Shown: piece after piece, positions 59,005 to 64,000 of the stretch
Layout of the letters: every line of letters starts with the position of its first letter
Numbering within the stretch: position 1 is the first letter of the stretch
Assembly (NCBI RefSeq): GCF_000737315.1
Contig: NZ_JMCB01000015.1
Coordinates: 62,001 to 126,000 of the forward strand
Reading direction: 5' to 3'
Length of the DNA stretch: 64,000 nt
Source: Hyalangium minutum
GTDB taxonomy: Bacteria > Myxococcota > Myxococcia > Myxococcales > Myxococcaceae
Made by a program: the position numbers and the translations under genes
Notes under the pieces: generated by a model
What the model saw: the letters and a program-made list of their open reading frames with translations, nothing else
Databases searched by the model: none
What the model was told of the DNA's origin: nothing

Positions 59005-59032
59005 GACCCGTCAGGTCAGAGGAAGTGTGAAG

Positions 59033-59045
59033 AATCGGGCACTTA
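59033..59045. promoter_or_regulatory. IHF-like site
   Basis: AATCGGGCACTTA vs WATCAANNNNTTR, two mismatches; 29-41 bp upstream of the -24 box. Confidence 0.4.
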
Positions 59046-59116
59046 CGGTGTCCCTTGGCGCTACAGCAGGGGAGGATTGCCACACCGTGGCCTGAAACCA
59101 CGGCCGCGGTGCCGCA

Positions 59117-59138
59117 TTTCGTTCACACTTTTCGTTCA
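59117..59138. repeat. Direct repeat TTTCGTTCA x2 (possible enhancer half-sites)
   Basis: Copies at 59117-59125 and 59130-59138. Confidence 0.6.
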
Positions 59139-59212
59139 ATTTGCCGCGCAGGGTTCGACGTTTCATGCAGGGGTTTCAGGTGGTAACAGGTAGGAGGTTC
59201 CCGAGAGCCCCC

Positions 59213-60274
59213 ATGCCAGAGACCCTCTGCCCGAAGTGTGGCCACAGCCCCATCCCCGCGGGCGCGGAAGCGTGCCCCGCCTGCGGCGAGCCCTTCAGCT
59301 TCCTGCCCATGTACCAGCGGGCGCAGCGCCAGCGGGTGGACAAGCGGCGCGAGGCGGACGTGGACATGGAGCAGACGGTGTTCGGGGGCAACCTCACGGG
59401 CGAGGTGACGGCTCACCCGGGCCCCATCGCGGCGGTGTTTTTCGTGGGGGCGGTGGCGTGGTTCCTCCGGGTGGGGGGCGTGGTGGGGAACCTGCAGGAG
59501 CCGCTCTGGGCCTACGGGCTGGTGGTGTTGGATTTGGTGCTGGGGGTGGTGCTGCTGCTCAACCTGGGCCCGGCCCAATTGCTGGCGCAGGGGGGCATGC
59601 TGTTGCAGCTGGGAGTGGCGGCGGTGCTGGCCCGGGCCGCGCCTCTGGCGCCCGTGCACCTGGCCTACGTGGCCCATGCGGCGGTGGCGCTCGCCATGGT
59701 GGTGGGCGAGCCCAGCCCGGTGCGCCGCTACGCGGGGCTGGGGTTGGGCAGCGGGGTGGCACTGCTCGGGGTGGTCTTCCTGGCGGTGGGGGGGAGCGTG
59801 GGGGGCGGTGGGGCGCGCCAGCGGCTCGTGGGGCGGGAGCTGGGCTATTCGCTCGAGTTGCCCGACGGCTGGAGCCGGCTCACGCGCGAGCAGCTCGCGC
59901 CGCATCTGTCCATGCCTGCGGGGACGCTCACGGGCGGCGGGGTGGGGTTTGGTGACGCGGCGCACGGGCGCTACGGGGCGTTGTGGGTGGACCGCGAGGG
60001 GAGCGCGCAGGAGGCGGCCGGCTGCCAGCAGTTGCTCGTGGCGTTTGGCGGCGCCGCGGACAGTCCGCCTTCTTCGAGGCCTCCGCCGCAGGCGTTGGGA
60101 GGCAAAGGGCGGGTGTACGCGCTGCGCACGGCCACGGGGGCTCGCGGGGCGTTCGCGTGCGGAAAGCTGGCGGATGGGCGGTGGGTGGGGTTCGCGGTGG
60201 TGGTAGCGCCCCCGGAGTCGGCCAGTGGGGAGACGGTCTTCGTGGCGGTGGGCTCCGGGCTGGCGTTGCAGTAA
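59213..60274 (+). CDS. Membrane protein with N-terminal double zinc ribbon
   Basis: CPKC-x11-CPAC, about five hydrophobic helices, C-terminal soluble domain. Confidence 0.75.
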   Translation: MPETLCPKCGHSPIPAGAEACPACGEPFSFLPMYQRAQRQRVDKRREADVDMEQTVFGGNLTGEVTAHPGPIAAVFFVGAVAWFLRVGGVVGNLQEPLWAYGLVVLDLVLGVVLLLNLGPAQLLAQGGMLLQLGVAAVLARAAPLAPVHLAYVAHAAVALAMVVGEPSPVRRYAGLGLGSGVALLGVVFLAVGGSVGGGGARQRLVGRELGYSLELPDGWSRLTREQLAPHLSMPAGTLTGGGVGFGDAAHGRYGALWVDREGSAQEAAGCQQLLVAFGGAADSPPSSRPPPQALGGKGRVYALRTATGARGAFACGKLADGRWVGFAVVVAPPESASGETVFVAVGSGLALQ

Positions 60275-60286
60275 AGGCAGAGGGCC

Positions 60287-61243
60287 ATGAACGTCCAGGT
60301 CCTCTTCCACGACAACTGCTTTGACGGAGCCGCCAGCGCGGCGGTGTTCACCCGCTTCTACCGGGAGCGCATCCGCCCGGATGCCGCGTTCACGTACCGG
60401 GGGCTGACGCACAAGCCGGGCGCCGAGGGGATTGATCCGGCGGTGTTCACCGGGGACGAGAACGCGATTGTGGACTTCCGGTACAGCCAGGATGCGCGGC
60501 TGACGTGGTGGTTCGATCACCACGCCTCGGCGTTCCAGCAGCCGGGGGACGAGGCGCATTTCCGCGCGGACACCGGCGGACGCAAGTTCCACGATGCGCA
60601 CCGCAAGAGCTGCACGAAGTACCTGGCGGATGTGGCGCGCGAGCGCTTCGGGTGGGACGCCTCCGGGCTGTCGGAGCTGATCCACTGGGCGGAGATTATC
60701 GACGGGGCGCAGTTCCCCAGCCCGCAGATGGCGGTGGCACTGGAAGAGCCCGCGCTGCGCATCATGACGGTGCTGGAGGCGAACAAGTCGCCGGACCTCA
60801 TCCCCACGCTGATTCAGCGGATGCAGACGGAGTCCCTGGCCCAGATTGCGGCCTCGCCGCTCATTGCCGGGCCGCTGGCGCCGCTGCTGGAGCGCCACCA
60901 GCGGAACATTGAGCAGGTGCGTTCCAAGGCGCGCTACGAGAACGGCGTGGTGTTCTTCGACTTGGCGGACGAGGGCGTGGACAGCCTGAACAAGTTCATT
61001 GCGTATTCGCTGTACCCGGACGCGCGCTACACCTTGTGGGTGGGGCAGGGGCCGGGGCGGGCGAAGGTGTCGCTGGGCTCGAATCCGTGGCGGCCGGAGC
61101 TGCGCAAGCATGACCTGGCGGCCATTGCCGGGCGCTACGGCGGAGGCGGGCACCCGGTGGTGGCGGCGGTGAGCTTCAAGCCGGGCGAGCTGGAGAAGGC
61201 GCGCGCCGCCTACCGAGAAATCCTCGCAGAGCTGTCGAGCTGA
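60287..61243 (+). CDS. DHH-family phosphoesterase
   Basis: FHDNCFDG, IVDF, WFDHH, GGGHP (DHHA1). Confidence 0.88.
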   Translation: MNVQVLFHDNCFDGAASAAVFTRFYRERIRPDAAFTYRGLTHKPGAEGIDPAVFTGDENAIVDFRYSQDARLTWWFDHHASAFQQPGDEAHFRADTGGRKFHDAHRKSCTKYLADVARERFGWDASGLSELIHWAEIIDGAQFPSPQMAVALEEPALRIMTVLEANKSPDLIPTLIQRMQTESLAQIAASPLIAGPLAPLLERHQRNIEQVRSKARYENGVVFFDLADEGVDSLNKFIAYSLYPDARYTLWVGQGPGRAKVSLGSNPWRPELRKHDLAAIAGRYGGGGHPVVAAVSFKPGELEKARAAYREILAELSS

Positions 61244-61246
61244 GGC

Positions 61247-61834
61247 TCAGGGATTCCGCGGCTCGAAGAACGAGAACCCAGCTTCGCGCAGCATTCGGAC
61301 CACCGTGAGCATGGGCAGTCCCTGCACGTTGGTCCGGTCCCCCACGAGCCGTGCCAGCAGGGCCTGTCCCGCCCCTTCCACGCGGTAGCTCCCTGCGCAC
61401 CCCTCCCACTCGCCCAGGTCCAGGTAGCGCTCCAACTCCTCTGCGTCCACAGGGTAGAACGTGAGCCGCGACACCTCCAGGGTCTCGGCGAGGTGCCCGC
61501 CTGGGCCCACCAGGCACACCCCCGTGCAGATGTCGTGTGTGTGCCCCAGCAGCTTTCCCAACTGCTTCCGCGCCGCATCCCGGTCCACAGGCTTGGCCAG
61601 TACCTCATTCCCCACCTGAACGAGCTGGTCCGCCCCAATCACCCACGCCTCCGGATGGCGGGCGTGGACTGCCTGGGCCTTGCGCGCCGCCAACACCTGC
61701 ACCGCCTCGCGCGCCGAGAGCGTGGGGGACACGTCCTCGTCCACGCCAGGGGACTCGGCCCGGTACGGCAGGCCCAGCCCATCCATCAACGCCCGGCGAG
61801 CGCTCGAAGTGGACGCCAGAATCAGGGGTCTCAT
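61247..61834 (-). CDS. maf: Maf-family nucleoside triphosphate pyrophosphatase
   Basis: [37 protein letters not shown]. Confidence 0.93.
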   Translation of the reverse strand: MRPLILASTSSARRALMDGLGLPYRAESPGVDEDVSPTLSAREAVQVLAARKAQAVHARHPEAWVIGADQLVQVGNEVLAKPVDRDAARKQLGKLLGHTHDICTGVCLVGPGGHLAETLEVSRLTFYPVDAEELERYLDLGEWEGCAGSYRVEGAGQALLARLVGDRTNVQGLPMLTVVRMLREAGFSFFEPRNP

Positions 61835-61942
61835 GGAGCGCACCCTAGACCAGACTCCCGGGCCTGGGAGGTTTCCCACACCAGGCAGGCAGGCGCGACG
61901 ATTCTTCCCGTGCCCCGGGCGATGCCGTACCCTGGCGGCTCC

Positions 61943-63181
61943 ATGTCGCGGCGCAGGCTGTTCGCCCTCTTCCTCCTCGTTCTCGGTGCCTGTCAGCGGA
62001 GCTCCTCGGAGCCTGCTCCGGCCGCCCCTGCGTCCGAAGCCCCCGCGGACACTTCCGCATCCACCCCCGCGCCCGCGCCCTCGCCAGTGGCCCCGGCTCC
62101 CTCCGCGAAGAACGACGCCCCGCCGCCTCCGGCCCCGCTCCCTGTTTGCAACTCCGAGGGCAGCGCTCCGCTGGAGGCGGCCCAGCGCTACTACGACGAG
62201 GAGCGTTACGAGGAAGCGCTCTCCTGCGCCGCCCAGGCTGCCGCTCTGGAGCCGGACAGCGCCGAGGCCCACGCCGAGCGCGGTATGGCCCTCTCCGCGC
62301 TGAACCGGGTGCCCGAGGCCCAGCTGGCCTTCGCCCACGCGCTCGCCATCAACCCGGACGAGCCCGAGGCCTTGCTGGGCGCCGCGCACCTGTACGCCGT
62401 GAACCTGTCCTCCTCTCGCGAGCATGACGAGCTGGGGCTGCTCTACTCCGAGCGCGGCCTGTCCAGGCCCGGCCAGCCGCCCGAGGTGGTGGTGCAGTTC
62501 GCCCTCATCTCCGCCATGGCCTTCAATGACTTGGGCCAGTCCTCCGAGGCCTTGAACCGCGCCTCCATCGTGCTGGCGCGGGAGCCCCACAACCGCGAGG
62601 CCATCTACGAGCGGGCCCTGGCCCTCTTCGAGCTGTGCCGCTTCTCCGAGGCGAAGGAGGCCTTCTCGGCGCTGCAGCGCGATCCGGAGCACGGGGCGCA
62701 CGCGCACCACCACCTGGCGCTGCTGCTGGAGCGCGAGGGCAAGTGGAAGCAGGCCCAGCAGCACTTCGACAAGGCCCGCGAGATGTCCCCGGAGGACTTC
62801 CCCCCGCCGCCGCTGCCCACCGAGGAAGCCTTCCGCAAGTCGGTGGCGGACGCCGTAGCGGCGCTGCCCGAGGACATGCGCAAGGACTTGGAGGGAATCC
62901 CCGTTACCGCCGAGGAGCTGCCTGCCGAGGCGGACCTGCTCTCCGGCGCGCCTCCATTGTCGCCCACCATCCTGGGCCTGTTCCGAGGCCCCTCGCTGGG
63001 CGAGCCGTGTGACGGGACGGAGACGCCGTGCCGCTCGGTGGTGCTCTACCGCCGGAACCTGGCGCGTGCGGTGCGCACCCCGGAGGAGCTCCAGGAGCAG
63101 ATCCAGGTGACGCTGCTGCACGAGGTGGGGCACCTTCGCGGCGAGGACGATCAGGAACTGGCCGCGCGCGGCCTGGAGTGA
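61943..63181 (+). CDS. TPR lipoprotein with C-terminal zincin-like metallopeptidase
   Basis: Lipobox VLGAC, Pro/Ala linker, TPR helices, [21 protein letters not shown]. Confidence 0.85.
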   Translation: MSRRRLFALFLLVLGACQRSSSEPAPAAPASEAPADTSASTPAPAPSPVAPAPSAKNDAPPPPAPLPVCNSEGSAPLEAAQRYYDEERYEEALSCAAQAAALEPDSAEAHAERGMALSALNRVPEAQLAFAHALAINPDEPEALLGAAHLYAVNLSSSREHDELGLLYSERGLSRPGQPPEVVVQFALISAMAFNDLGQSSEALNRASIVLAREPHNREAIYERALALFELCRFSEAKEAFSALQRDPEHGAHAHHHLALLLEREGKWKQAQQHFDKAREMSPEDFPPPPLPTEEAFRKSVADAVAALPEDMRKDLEGIPVTAEELPAEADLLSGAPPLSPTILGLFRGPSLGEPCDGTETPCRSVVLYRRNLARAVRTPEELQEQIQVTLLHEVGHLRGEDDQELAARGLE

Positions 63182-63189
63182 ATCCCTTT

Positions 63190-64000
63190 ATGGCCCCCAA
63201 AGCCCTGCCCACTGCCCGCGTCAGCCCGAAGGGCGCCAAGAGCCTGCGCCGAGGCAACCCCTGGCTCTACCGCACCGAGCTCGCCGAGCCCCCTGCCACG
63301 GACGCGCGTGGCGCGGTGGTGGCGGTGGTGGACGCGCAAGGCAACCCGATTGGCCAAGCCTTCTACGCCCAGCGCTCGCCGCTGGCGCTGCGCCTGCTCA
63401 CCCGCCGCCCGCACGCCGAGGAGCCGGTGGACGAGGCCTTCCTCCGCCGCCGCCTGGAGGCGGCCCTGGCCCGCCGCGCGCCGCTCAAGCACCGCGACGG
63501 CCTGCGCCTGGTGCACGGCGAGGCGGATCTGCTCCCGGGCCTCTTCGTGGACCGCTATGGCGCGGGGCTCTCGCTGCAGACGCTCTCGGAGGGCATGGAC
63601 GCCCGCAAGGAGCTCGTGGCGAAGATGTTGGTGGAGCTCACCGGGGCCACGCACGTGGTGTGCCGGGACGACGCCTCGGGCCGGGACTTCGAGGGCCTGA
63701 AGCGCGAGGTGACGCTGCTGCACGGCGCGGGCGAGGCGCGCTTCACCTACCACGAGGGCGAGAACCGCTTCGAGGTGGATCTGCTTGGCGACATGAAGAC
63801 GGGGGCGTTCCTGGATCAGGTGGACAACCACCTGCGCGCCGGAGAGCTGGCCCGAGGCGAGGCGTTGGACCTGTTCAGCTACCACGGTGGGTTCGCGCTG
63901 GCGCTCAGCCGCACGTGCGACACGGTGCTGGCGGTGGAGCAGGACGCGAAGGCGGCCGAGCGCGCCCGGGAGAACGCCGCGCGCAACGGGCGCTCGCACG
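63190..64000 (+). CDS. rlmI: RlmI/YccW-like class I SAM-dependent rRNA methyltransferase (3' end beyond right edge)
   Basis: GNPWLYR (PUA), RLVHGEAD.LPGL.VDRYG, KTGAFLDQ, LDLFSYHGGF. Confidence 0.85.
   Translation, partial: MAPKALPTARVSPKGAKSLRRGNPWLYRTELAEPPATDARGAVVAVVDAQGNPIGQAFYAQRSPLALRLLTRRPHAEEPVDEAFLRRRLEAALARRAPLKHRDGLRLVHGEADLLPGLFVDRYGAGLSLQTLSEGMDARKELVAKMLVELTGATHVVCRDDASGRDFEGLKREVTLLHGAGEARFTYHEGENRFEVDLLGDMKTGAFLDQVDNHLRAGELARGEALDLFSYHGGFALALSRTCDTVLAVEQDAKAAERARENAARNGRSH

Noticed and set aside
1-64000. Many long ORFs in the track (e.g. 8989..13635 -, 29806..33147 +, 37346..39550 -, 47009..49567 -, 44055..45845 +)
   Set aside because: They are antisense or shifted shadows of motif-bearing genes, expected at high GC3, and have no recognisable motifs.

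Overview
GC-rich (by eye roughly 70%) chromosomal window whose gene content points to a myxobacterium (inference: paralogous sigma-32 factor, several Ser/Thr kinase-TPR proteins, SitA-type lipoprotein toxin/immunity pairs, many lipoproteins). About 47 probable genes or gene relics; most long ORFs in the supplied track are antisense or shadow frames. Housekeeping genes: metH, mutY, tcdA, tatD, maf, an rlmI-like gene (cut by the right edge) and a DHH phosphoesterase. A >2000-aa kinase/NTPase/GAF/PAS/HisKA sensor gene runs off the left edge and is missing from the ORF track. No rRNA, complete tRNA, CRISPR array, transposase or integrase was seen. Best leads: (1) a SahR-like regulator-metH-MesB-like core methionine synthase operon with a 20-bp palindromic operator; (2) an exported cyclohexadienyl-dehydratase-like/chorismate-mutase fusion lipoprotein next to a squalene-synthase-like gene; (3) two 23-bp palindromic operators at a PadR-orphan permease (ADOP) locus; (4) two polymorphic toxins sharing one delivery domain, one beside an att-like scar; (5) an orphan beta-propeller behind a membrane adenylate cyclase; (6) a full sigma-54 promoter architecture on an unknown 88-aa gene. 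All family assignments come from motif recognition by eye; no database search was run.
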